Origin: Geotalea daltonii FRC-32
Lineage (GTDB): Bacteria; Desulfobacterota; Desulfuromonadia; Geobacterales; Geobacteraceae
NCBI RefSeq assembly: GCF_000022265.1
Contig: NC_011979.1
Coordinates: 990,001 to 1,022,000 of the forward strand
Direction: 5' to 3'
Length of the DNA: 32,000 nt
Shown here: piece after piece, positions 24,796 to 32,000 of the stretch
How the letters are laid out: each line of letters starts with the position of its first letter
How positions within the stretch are numbered: position 1 is the stretch's first letter
Notes under the pieces: model-generated
Told to the model about the DNA's origin: nothing
Databases searched by the model: none
The model's input: only the letters and a program-made list of their open reading frames with translations
Position numbers and translations under genes: made by a program

Positions 24796-25524
24796 TCATT
24801 TAGTCTGACCGGGATTGATAACCTCTACCCCGCTCGGTACCTTGAAATTGAACCTGTCGCTGCGCATGCCCCGGTTAACCTTGATGTTGCTGAATTCAAT
24901 GACCGTGCGGTTGCCGAAAGAGTCGAAAACGACCGAATAGGCAATGGGGAATGGATCGGCAGCCTGTCCTTCCCTGGTAAAGCTTGCCACTGCCTGTGCC
25001 TTGATGCCAAGATGCAGCTTTGCCATTGCCTGGCTTGGTTTCTTGGGTATCAGCTCCAGGAGGTAATTTCCTTTTTTGTCGCGGCCATCGCCGGCAAACC
25101 TGATGTTGAAATCCCGAGAGACGTGTCCCATGCCGCTCAGATAGTTGAGGGCGACCGAATTGCCCCCCTCGAACAGGGAAGCCACATCCGAAACCATTAC
25201 CTGTCTGTTTTCAGGCAGATAATACCAGACTTTTTTGCCATTGGAGATAATCTGCTGCCTGGGCTTCGAGTAGTTGAAGCTGAACATGGCCTGCCCGTTT
25301 GCTCCTTTTTTCAGGAACAGTTCTCCGGCGCCACGCTCCTTGCGTTTCATCGATGCGATTTCTGTCTGCTGGGAAAAATCGGCCTGCAGGTCGTTCAATG
25401 TCCTGTAGCCCTGTTCGAGAGTTTTGACCACATCGTTCATTTCTGCAGCTAATCCATGCTGCGGCAGAGCCGATTGCAGCAGAACCACGCATGACAAAAG
25501 AAGGATGGAAAAACATGAACGCAT
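24796..25524 (-). CDS. LolA-fold periplasmic protein, paralogue 2
   Basis: ATG at 25524 (AAGAGG upstream; ORF opens at GTG 25533). Signal peptide [21 protein letters not shown]. LolA pattern L.ADFSQ.....[13 protein letters not shown]...[19 protein letters not shown]. Confidence 0.75.
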   Translation of the reverse strand: MRSCFSILLLSCVVLLQSALPQHGLAAEMNDVVKTLEQGYRTLNDLQADFSQQTEIASMKRKERGAGELFLKKGANGQAMFSFNYSKPRQQIISNGKKVWYYLPENRQVMVSDVASLFEGGNSVALNYLSGMGHVSRDFNIRFAGDGRDKKGNYLLELIPKKPSQAMAKLHLGIKAQAVASFTREGQAADPFPIAYSVVFDSFGNRTVIEFSNIKVNRGMRSDRFNFKVPSGVEVINPGQTK

Positions 25525-25566
25525 TTGAAGCACCTCTTTGGGGATAGCGATTCCCTATAAATTTAC

Positions 25567-25594
25567 AAAGGCGACATTTGATCATGTCGCCTTT
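25567..25594 (-). terminator. Hairpin between the two LolA-like genes (probable terminator/attenuator)
   Basis: aaaggcgacat (25567-25577) / atgtcgccttt (25584-25594) is an 11-bp perfect stem with a 6-nt loop. On the minus strand it is followed by GTAAATTTA. Confidence 0.45.
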
Positions 25595-25626
25595 TGTCCT
25601 GGCAAAGGTCGAAGAAACCCTGATTC

Positions 25627-26415
25627 CTACGGTGGCGAAGGCCTTACAACATCGACTCCGGCCGGAATGACAAACTCGAAAAGCTGGTCGGACATGATGG
25701 TGTTGGCTCTGATGTTGCTGAATTCCATTATAGTGGTATTTTGCTGATGATCAACCACCGTTGTTGACAGAACGGGGAAAGCCAGGTCCTGCCGGAGCGG
25801 GTCGTTGAAGAGCCTGCTAATATCGCGGTTGTTTTGAACATAGAGCAGAACCGCATCCCGACGAACGGCGATGAACAGTTTCTCTATGGTTGCCGTAGCA
25901 CGACGCGGCGTCAGCTCAAGGATGTAATTGCCTTCGATATCCTGTGCCTGGGAGGGAGCAGTGATAAGGAAATCTTTCGAGATCCGCCCCAGCCCCTGAA
26001 GGAAGTTGGAGGCACGGTCCCGGTCCGGGTTGAACCTGGAGGGCTCGAAGACGAAGCTCACATCGCTCAAGAGCACCTTGCGGCTTTCCGGCAGATACAT
26101 CCACAAGGTTCTTCCGTTGCTGACAATTTCCTGGGTGGTGGGACGGAAGTAATCAAAACGGAACTTGATGGGATCACCGTCCGTTGCAGCCTTGAGGAAC
26201 ATCTGTCCATCGGCGCGCATTTCCCGGTTCTCCCTGGCTATGGTCGAGCGCTGAAAGAAATCGGCGGTCAGGGTACTGAGTGCCCGGTAGGACTGTTCCA
26301 CCGTGTTGACTACGTCCTTCAGGCCTACAGTAATCTTTTCTGCCGCACTGGCTTCGGCTGAAATTGCCGTCAGGACAAGGAACAGGGCAATGATCGCTCT
26401 TACCGTGATTTTCAT
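25627..26415 (-). CDS. LolA-fold periplasmic protein, paralogue 1
   Basis: Signal peptide MKITVRAIIALFLVLTAISAEASA. DVVNTVEQSYRALSTLTADFFQRS...MRADGQMFLK...F.FDY..P..QEIVSNGRTLWMYLPE aligns by eye with paralogue 2 and with the LolA family. Confidence 0.75.
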   Translation of the reverse strand: MKITVRAIIALFLVLTAISAEASAAEKITVGLKDVVNTVEQSYRALSTLTADFFQRSTIARENREMRADGQMFLKAATDGDPIKFRFDYFRPTTQEIVSNGRTLWMYLPESRKVLLSDVSFVFEPSRFNPDRDRASNFLQGLGRISKDFLITAPSQAQDIEGNYILELTPRRATATIEKLFIAVRRDAVLLYVQNNRDISRLFNDPLRQDLAFPVLSTTVVDHQQNTTIMEFSNIRANTIMSDQLFEFVIPAGVDVVRPSPP

Positions 26416-26556
26416 GATTGCTCTCCCATAAAAACAGCAAAATGCTATATCACATGACTGTCAATATTGCCACAAGTCTTTGACCTCCGCAACTGACTTT
26501 CAGTTGCTTCAAATGAAATTTAAGTCATAAGATTTGACGCTGACGGGCGGCATGCG

Positions 26557-28158
26557 TTAAAGCAGGTTCGGTATATCCAGGATGTAAACGATTTCTCCGT
26601 CCCCCAGAATGGCGCTGCCAAGCAGCCCTTTCAGCTTCAGCAGCGGCCTGCCCAGCGGTTTTATGAACAGCTCATGTTGTGTCAGAAATGAGTCCACAAC
26701 GAGGCCGAGCTTTCTGCCCCTGATTTCGCAGGTGATGAGAGAGATGTCTCCCCCTGCCGTGGGCATGGGGGGGAGGCGTAAAATGCGGTTAAGGCTGAGA
26801 AGGGGAATGGTTTCCCCCTCCAGAATGAAGACGCTCTGTTTTCCCTTTTTCAGGATCAGGTCTCTTTCCAGCTGACGGGTCTGCGTAATGGCAGTTACCG
26901 GCACTGCCACCTTCATCTGTCCGCAGTAGACAACCAGGGTCTGCATAATGGATATGCCGGCCGGGACACTCAGGTGAAAGCTGCTTCCCTTACCCTGCTC
27001 CGTGTCGATCAGCAGTGTGCCCCCAAGTGCATGAACTGCCGATTTCACAGCATCCATGCCGACTCCGCGTCCGGAGACCTCCGTGACTTCCCCGGCTGTG
27101 GAAAAGCCGGGCAGGCAAGTGAGCATAAGGGCATTGTGCTTCGACAAACCCGCTGCCTCTTCCCTGGTGATCAGCCCCTTTTCCAGAGCGGATGAAATTA
27201 GCTGGGCAGGCTCCATTCCCTTGCCGTCATCCTCTATGATGATCGAGACCCGGTCTTTCTCCCTGCGAACCGACAGGCGAATTTTCCCCTTTGCCGGCTT
27301 GCCGGCGGCCAAGCGTTCTCCTGGAAGTTCAATGCCGTGATCGACCCCATTGCGCAGGATATGGATCAGGGGGTCAGATAATGATTCGAGGATTCCTCGA
27401 TCCAGCTCCACTTCACTGCCGCTGACCTCAAGAGCGATTTCCTTGCCCGCTTTTTTTGCCAGATCACGGACAATTCTGGGGAAACGGTCGCCGATCTGGA
27501 AAAAAGGAATAAGCCGGGCCTTCATGACTTGATCATGCAGGCTGCGTAGCAGTTTCCCCAGCTCAATGCAGGCATTATCCAGGTCGGGTTGTTTGAGGCG
27601 GCTGCTGACGGTGAAAATCCTGGACTTACTGGTTATCAGCTCCCCGGTAAGGTTGATCAGAGAATCGAGAAGTTCTGTTCTTACCCGGATGGTCGGTGAA
27701 CCGTCTGTCTCCGGGGGAGAAGCGTTTGCTTTTGCCGGAGGTGCCGGGAGACCGGTCTTTGTGGTTGGCGAAGGAGCATCGTTGCGGGGAAAGTTGACAA
27801 TCCGGCGGATCAGATCGTCGGTACTGCGGTTGGCGGTAACGTTCCGGTCAACATCGCCGATCATTGTTTCCAGCAGGTCTGCCCCTTCGAGAAACAGATC
27901 TGCGGCCAGGCTATCGAATACCAGAGCCCCCTTGCGCAACCGGTCCATGAGGTCTTCCAACTTGTGGGCCAGTTCAGAGATGTCACCGTATCCCATGGAT
28001 GCCGCCATTCCCTTTATGGAGTGGGCGGCGCGAAAAAGGGCGTCCAGGGTGCTGCGATCGCCGGGGTCACCTTCCAGAGAGAGTATGTGATTGCCGATGG
28101 CTCTGAGATGTTCTCGCGATTCGGTAACGAAGAGCTCCCTGTAGTGGGACATGTCCAT
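26557..28158 (-). CDS. cheA: Chemotaxis histidine kinase CheA, short form lacking a P2 domain
   Basis: Hpt domain with FRAAHSIKGMAASMG (His46). A ~33-aa Pro/Ala linker (aa ~123-155). Dimerisation segment TIRVRTELLDSLINLTGELI. N-box HILRNGVDHGIE, G1 EDDGKGM, G2 GRGVGMDAV, and a C-terminal CheW-like domain. 533 aa, no receiver domain. Confidence 0.9.
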   Translation of the reverse strand: MDMSHYRELFVTESREHLRAIGNHILSLEGDPGDRSTLDALFRAAHSIKGMAASMGYGDISELAHKLEDLMDRLRKGALVFDSLAADLFLEGADLLETMIGDVDRNVTANRSTDDLIRRIVNFPRNDAPSPTTKTGLPAPPAKANASPPETDGSPTIRVRTELLDSLINLTGELITSKSRIFTVSSRLKQPDLDNACIELGKLLRSLHDQVMKARLIPFFQIGDRFPRIVRDLAKKAGKEIALEVSGSEVELDRGILESLSDPLIHILRNGVDHGIELPGERLAAGKPAKGKIRLSVRREKDRVSIIIEDDGKGMEPAQLISSALEKGLITREEAAGLSKHNALMLTCLPGFSTAGEVTEVSGRGVGMDAVKSAVHALGGTLLIDTEQGKGSSFHLSVPAGISIMQTLVVYCGQMKVAVPVTAITQTRQLERDLILKKGKQSVFILEGETIPLLSLNRILRLPPMPTAGGDISLITCEIRGRKLGLVVDSFLTQHELFIKPLGRPLLKLKGLLGSAILGDGEIVYILDIPNLL

Positions 28159-28198
28159 GAATCAGGCTCCCCCGCTTCGGTTGCCGATATTTACCCCA

Positions 28199-28630
28199 TC
28201 AGCCATTGATGGTTGCCTCCAGTCTCTGCAACAGCTTGTCCAGGGCCAGAAGCCTGATTACCTGCGTGCCGTCGGAAATAATCCAATCGCTCAGTTCATC
28301 GTCTTCCTCTGTCGGCTTACGTTCCATTGTCTCTGTGGCCGCAATAGCCAGAACTCCATCTACCCAGATTGCAAGGCTGGCAAAGCGGTCTTCCAATACC
28401 AGTATCTTTCCGTCAAATTTGCGGTGGCCCTGGTTCAGCATGAGGGACAGGTCGACAACCGCCTTGATATTGCCATGTGAGTTCATCGCGCCGATCAAGT
28501 GAGCCGGTGCCCGGGGAATCGGGGATAAGGGGGGGGGCTCGACAACTTCCGCCACCTGTTGAAGATCGATTGCGTAGGTGGAATCCATGAGGGTGAAAAG
28601 AAGATAAGGGCTGGTGTTTGACTCGCTCAT
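28199..28630 (-). CDS. cheW: Chemotaxis coupling protein CheW
   Basis: 143 aa. [23 protein letters not shown]....[20 protein letters not shown] is the CheW fold signature. Its start overlaps the mcp stop (ATGA). Confidence 0.9.
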   Translation of the reverse strand: MSESNTSPYLLFTLMDSTYAIDLQQVAEVVEPPPLSPIPRAPAHLIGAMNSHGNIKAVVDLSLMLNQGHRKFDGKILVLEDRFASLAIWVDGVLAIAATETMERKPTEEDDELSDWIISDGTQVIRLLALDKLLQRLEATING

Positions 28631-29907
28631 GACTCCGGAGTTTCTCCTCCGGGGGTGCGGAATTGTTCGACGACCTTGAGCAGCGCTTCGGCCAGCTTGG
28701 TCAACTCAATGGTCGCCCGGACCATCTCCTGCATGGCGGACGATTGCTCTAATGTCGCTGCCGAGACTTCTTCCGTAGCTGCAGCGTTGTCTTCGGCAAC
28801 TTTAGCAATCTCATCGATCATTCCCACCATCTTGCCGGCGCCTTCGGTCTGCAGTTGTGAAAGTTCCGTGATGCTGCTGGTCTTGCGTTCGGTTTCCATG
28901 ACGGTGTTGAGAATATCCCGGAAAGATTCTGCCGTGGTATCGATATTTCTTTTACCAGCTTCAATATTTCTAGAGCTATCGGTGATGGTCTCGTAGACTC
29001 TGCGGCTTTCTTCCTTGACCATGCTGATCAGTTCGATGATGTCGGCTGCCGATTTTCCGGTGCCGTCTGCAAGCTTGCGTACCTCATCGGCGACGACGGC
29101 AAAACCTCTTCCGTATTCACCTGCTTTTGCTGCTTCTATGGAGGCATTCAGGGCGAGGAGATTGGTCTGACGGGCGATTTCACCTATAAAATCGGCAATT
29201 CTCCCCACCTGCAGCAGTTTGGCATTCAAGTCCATGAACTGGACGCCGACCCGTTCCACATCGTCGAAGAATAGCTTGACGCGCATCAGGGAGTCCTTGG
29301 CCAGGTCTCCCCCCCGATGGGCGGTTAAACTGGTTTCCCTGGCGGCTCTTGAAGCCTCGTTGGCCCTTCTGGAAATCATCTCCATGGAGGCAGCCATTTC
29401 ATGGATGACCTTGGAACTCCTGGTGACCATCTCTGCCTGGGTTTCTGCCCCCCTGGAGATCTGCTCCACAGCCTGTGCCACTTCCTCCGTGGAAGCGTTT
29501 ATTTCCAGGGCGTTTGTAGAGATTGTCCGGGACGAGAGAGAGACCCGTTCAGAGGTTTCCCTGATGTGCTTGACCAACTGGCGCAGGTTCTGCACCATCA
29601 GGTTGATGGAATCGGAAATATCGTGGGTCTCGTCTTTGACATAGGCATCTTTGAGTTTGATCTCCCTGGTCAGGTCGCCTCTGCTTATGTCTTCCGTCGC
29701 AGCAGTAAGAAGGGAGATATTCTTGGTAAAGCTCTTGGAAAAGAACCAGCCGAGAATCAGGCCGATGGTAACGGCAACGGCATAGGTGAGGATATTGGTG
29801 CCTTCCGGCGAATACCCCACATGTTTGACAAGACCGGGGGTGAAGGCGACAGTGGCGACAACCAGTATGAAACCGAGGATGAATTTGTAACCTATGGCAA
29901 TACGCAT
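28627..29907 (-). CDS. Methyl-accepting chemotaxis protein with two TM helices, ~14-aa external loop, HAMP and signalling domain
   Basis: The conserved hairpin tip is [38 protein letters not shown]. There is a HAMP-like segment ([21 protein letters not shown]), no periplasmic ligand-binding domain, and no C-terminal NWETF-type pentapeptide. Confidence 0.9.
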   Translation of the reverse strand: MRIAIGYKFILGFILVVATVAFTPGLVKHVGYSPEGTNILTYAVAVTIGLILGWFFSKSFTKNISLLTAATEDISRGDLTREIKLKDAYVKDETHDISDSINLMVQNLRQLVKHIRETSERVSLSSRTISTNALEINASTEEVAQAVEQISRGAETQAEMVTRSSKVIHEMAASMEMISRRANEASRAARETSLTAHRGGDLAKDSLMRVKLFFDDVERVGVQFMDLNAKLLQVGRIADFIGEIARQTNLLALNASIEAAKAGEYGRGFAVVADEVRKLADGTGKSAADIIELISMVKEESRRVYETITDSSRNIEAGKRNIDTTAESFRDILNTVMETERKTSSITELSQLQTEGAGKMVGMIDEIAKVAEDNAAATEEVSAATLEQSSAMQEMVRATIELTKLAEALLKVVEQFRTPGGETPES

Positions 29908-29951
29908 GGAACTCTCCCTGAAGGATCTGGAACTGCTTCAGAAACTGATAC

Positions 29952-30857
29952 TCAAACGGCCCGATAAATGCGTTCTATGGGGCAAACCGTATTGAAAAGC
30001 TCCCGTGAAGGACCGAAAAGGGTCTCCGACTTGCCGAGCACGAGAAATCCCCCCTGTTCCAGCACGGTTGCAAAGCCTGCCATAATCTTCTGCTGCTGTG
30101 AACGTTCGAAATAGATGAGCACATTCCGGCAGAGGATCAGATCGCTCACGGCGTAACTGCTTGGGTCGAAGAGATCGCTCTGCCGGAATGTGACCATTTC
30201 CTTTATATCAGGCAGCAGATGGTACTTTGAACCCACTTGCTTGAAGTAGCGTGTCTTTACCGGGTCAGGAACCTCCGCCATTCTGTCCTCTCCATAAACT
30301 CCTGCCCGAGCTGCTTGGAGGGTGTCGGCATCCACATCAGTAGCCAGGATGGATACGTTCAGGTCCTGCAGATCTTCCTGGAAATGTTCCTTGAGGATGA
30401 TGGCCAAACTATACGGCTCTTCACCACTGGCGCAGCCGACGCTCCACAGCCTGAGTTCCCGGTGGTCCCGGTTTTTGCACTGCTGAATCAATTGGGGGAT
30501 GATCTCTTCTTTTATTTTGCGGAAGGTGAGGGGATTTCTGAAAAACTGGCTGACATGGATGGTAAGAACCTTGTACAGGAGCTCCAGTTCCACCTCGCTG
30601 CCCAAGAGGAGATCGCAGTAGTCTTCGGCAGTTTTGCAGTGAGTCGCCCTGACCCTGATGCCGATGCGCCGCTTTATGCACTTGTCTTTATAACAATCGA
30701 GGTTGAATCCTTTCAGACTCTTGAGGACTTTGCCTATGGTGCCGAATGATTCAGGTGAGATATCAAGGGGGGTATCTTCCGCCAGATCTATATCCTCTTT
30801 TGGGTTAGCATCAGGTTTGACGAGGTCCGCCCCGTTAAATGCTGAAGGCAGTGTCAA
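29952..30857 (-). CDS. cheR: Chemotaxis protein methyltransferase CheR
   Basis: N-terminal helical domain (CYKDKCIKRRIGIRV), FFRNPLTF, and SAM-binding RLWSVGCASGEEPYSLA. I place the start at TTG 30857, which overlaps the pilZ stop (TTGA). GTG at 30878 is an alternative. The ATG at 30983 would overlap pilZ by 130 nt out of frame. Confidence 0.85.
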   Translation of the reverse strand: MTLPSAFNGADLVKPDANPKEDIDLAEDTPLDISPESFGTIGKVLKSLKGFNLDCYKDKCIKRRIGIRVRATHCKTAEDYCDLLLGSEVELELLYKVLTIHVSQFFRNPLTFRKIKEEIIPQLIQQCKNRDHRELRLWSVGCASGEEPYSLAIILKEHFQEDLQDLNVSILATDVDADTLQAARAGVYGEDRMAEVPDPVKTRYFKQVGSKYHLLPDIKEMVTFRQSDLFDPSSYAVSDLILCRNVLIYFERSQQQKIMAGFATVLEQGGFLVLGKSETLFGPSRELFNTVCPIERIYRAV

Positions 30858-31192
30858 TACCTGTCCAATTCCCGGCACAGTGCATTGAATGCATCTTCTC
30901 CGTCTAATATCCTGATTATCCTGACGCCCATGCCGCTCTTCTTCACCAGTCGCAGCATGTTTGCCGGTACCTTCTTTGCCCACATGACGCGGGCTTCCAT
31001 CCTGACAAGGGTCGTCTCATCGATGGCCAGATCCACTTTTACATCGCTTCCCGGCGAAGCGACGTTTGCTGTTTTGATGAAAAGGCCGTGATGGGAGATA
31101 TCTTCAGTAAAGGCAATGCGGTCGGTCTGCAGCAGCCCGAATTTCACAGACAGCCTTTTCCGCAGCCTTTTTATTCTTCGCTTGTCAGCCAT
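30854..31192 (-). CDS. Stand-alone PilZ-domain protein (putative c-di-GMP receptor)
   Basis: 112 aa. RRIKR (aa 5-9, RxxxR motif) and DISHHG (aa 31-36, DxSxxG motif) have the normal ~22-aa spacing, followed by a beta-barrel-like remainder. Confidence 0.8.
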   Translation of the reverse strand: MADKRRIKRLRKRLSVKFGLLQTDRIAFTEDISHHGLFIKTANVASPGSDVKVDLAIDETTLVRMEARVMWAKKVPANMLRLVKKSGMGVRIIRILDGEDAFNALCRELDRY

Positions 31193-31442
31193 CGGTCGTC
31201 ATCCCAAGTTGCAATAAGTGTCGACAGATTAACACAATTTTTCCATATCTCACAGCTAAAACTGGTTCGGTAACGTTTCACCCGAACCGACTCAGGCCGG
31301 GATCGAGCCTGAGTAACCGGTGGCGGCAAAAGGGGATGATTGGTGGCCAGACAGGCAACTGGGGGTATGCATTTAGAGGATGGAAAGGGCAACGTCGTTT
31401 TGAGTGGAAATTTTTCCTTAACACGGCAGCGGCAGGAAGCCA

Positions 31443-32000
31443 TCACTCCTGATGTTGCAGCAGGTTCTTTACGCTGTCTACCCGGAATACATACCAGGCA
31501 TCGGCTTCTGCCATCCGTCGTTCCGTTTCGTTGGTCACCAGCCCTTCCAGGGTTACCGCATAATCGCGGCAACGGACACGTATCTGGGTCGCATTGACGA
31601 AAGGATCCTTTTCCAGCGCCAGGCGGATCCCATCGATGACCTCGTCGTCGTTGTCTTCTTCCGGCGGGCTTATCTCAAGCCCGTTGATGACATCTCTGCT
31701 GCCGGGAACCCACCACGCCAGAACGCCGGCCATCCGTTTTTGGGAGAGGCTTGCCACCTGTCCGTTAAGGGTTACTACCCCCTTGTCAACCGCCACTTCA
31801 ATTGCACCCGACGCGGTTAGCGGCTCTCTTACCGACTCCATCTGCCCTTTTACCAAGGCGCGAAGTGCATATGGTTCCAGAAGATTTTCAGCGACAATGG
31901 CATTGCAGACGTGGGTCCTTATCTCGCCGTCTTCCATACGTTCGGCAGGCATGACATGGAGCCGGTCGATGATCGCCGAAACTCCGGGGATCTTGCCCGC
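31443..32000 (-). CDS. BON-domain protein (at least 2.5 BON repeats; 5' end runs off the right window edge)
   Basis: The frame stays open upstream of the ATG at 31952 through position 32000. The extension reads AGKIPGVSAIIDRLHV, which looks like the end of a further BON domain. The visible repeats are VAVDKGVVTLNGQVASLSQKRMAGVLAWWVPGSRDVINGLEI and VRCRDYAVTLEGLVTNETERRMAEADAWYVFRVDSVKNLL. Confidence 0.75.
   Translation of the reverse strand, partial: AGKIPGVSAIIDRLHVMPAERMEDGEIRTHVCNAIVAENLLEPYALRALVKGQMESVREPLTASGAIEVAVDKGVVTLNGQVASLSQKRMAGVLAWWVPGSRDVINGLEISPPEEDNDDEVIDGIRLALEKDPFVNATQIRVRCRDYAVTLEGLVTNETERRMAEADAWYVFRVDSVKNLLQHQE

Noticed and set aside
30858-30983. An ATG at 30983 as the cheR start (343-aa form).
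   Set aside because: It would overlap pilZ by 130 nt in another frame, and the extra residues (GKEGTGKHAATGEEERHGRQDNQD...) look like out-of-frame noise. A TTG at 30857 overlapping the pilZ stop is more parsimonious.
31205-31230. A sigma54 promoter upstream of pilZ (minus-strand tcgacacttattgca).
   Set aside because: The GG/GC elements are degenerate, and the spacing is about 3 nt instead of the required 5 nt between TGGCAC and TTGC.
31193-31442. A c-di-GMP (GEMM-I/II) or cGAMP riboswitch upstream of the PilZ/che operon.
   Set aside because: I looked on the coding (minus) strand for the GGCAAACC...ACGCAAAGCC-type cores and GNRA/receptor arrangement and found none. The only GGCAAAAGG lies on the wrong strand. 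An Infernal scan would be decisive.
1-32000. A defence island, prophage or mobile genetic element content.
   Set aside because: I recognised no integrase, transposase, recombinase, restriction-modification, toxin-antitoxin, Cas, reverse transcriptase, or phage structural gene. No flanking tRNA or long direct repeats were seen. The gene content is core metabolism, envelope and signalling.

Overview
This is a chromosomal, housekeeping-dominated window. Its gene content resembles a Geobacter/Desulfuromonadales-type deltaproteobacterium; that taxon call is inference from gene families only (futalosine menaquinone genes, haem/multi-PAS sensor, many TPR proteins, che-like cluster). I call 34 protein-coding genes: two are cut by the window edges and one is a tentative small ORF. 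I also call 2 structured palindromic intergenic repeat elements, 5 terminator-like hairpins and 4 tentative sigma70-type promoters.

Gene order: gspD(partial)-gspC (minus) | mqnB-mqnD | DUF3365-haem/5xPAS sensor | repeat A | rlpA >< TPR lipoprotein | hsp20-lon-thiL >< yjbQ-miniRossmann-TPR | folK-YHS-tal >< dedA | HcyMT/MTHFR fusion-lipoprotein-small sulfite reductase-ttcA | small ORF | polyferredoxin-repeat B >< dksA, rimO, yajQ-lolA-like, lolA-like, cheA-cheW-mcp-cheR-pilZ (all minus) | BON protein (partial).

I saw no rRNA, tRNA, CRISPR array, transposase, integrase, phage gene or recognisable defence gene, so this does not look like an accessory island.

The most unusual thing I can support is the chemosensory module at 26.5-31.2 kb. 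It is headed by a stand-alone PilZ gene translationally coupled to cheR. It has a P2-less CheA and no CheY/CheB, and it is followed by two LolA-fold paralogues and yajQ. Secondary items are a transmitter-less haem/PAS sensor with a Cys-rich PAS, two related nested-palindrome repeat elements, a thiL/yjbQ pairing, and a possible unannotated small membrane protein gene. All functional calls come from my own reading of the translated ORFs; no database search was run.
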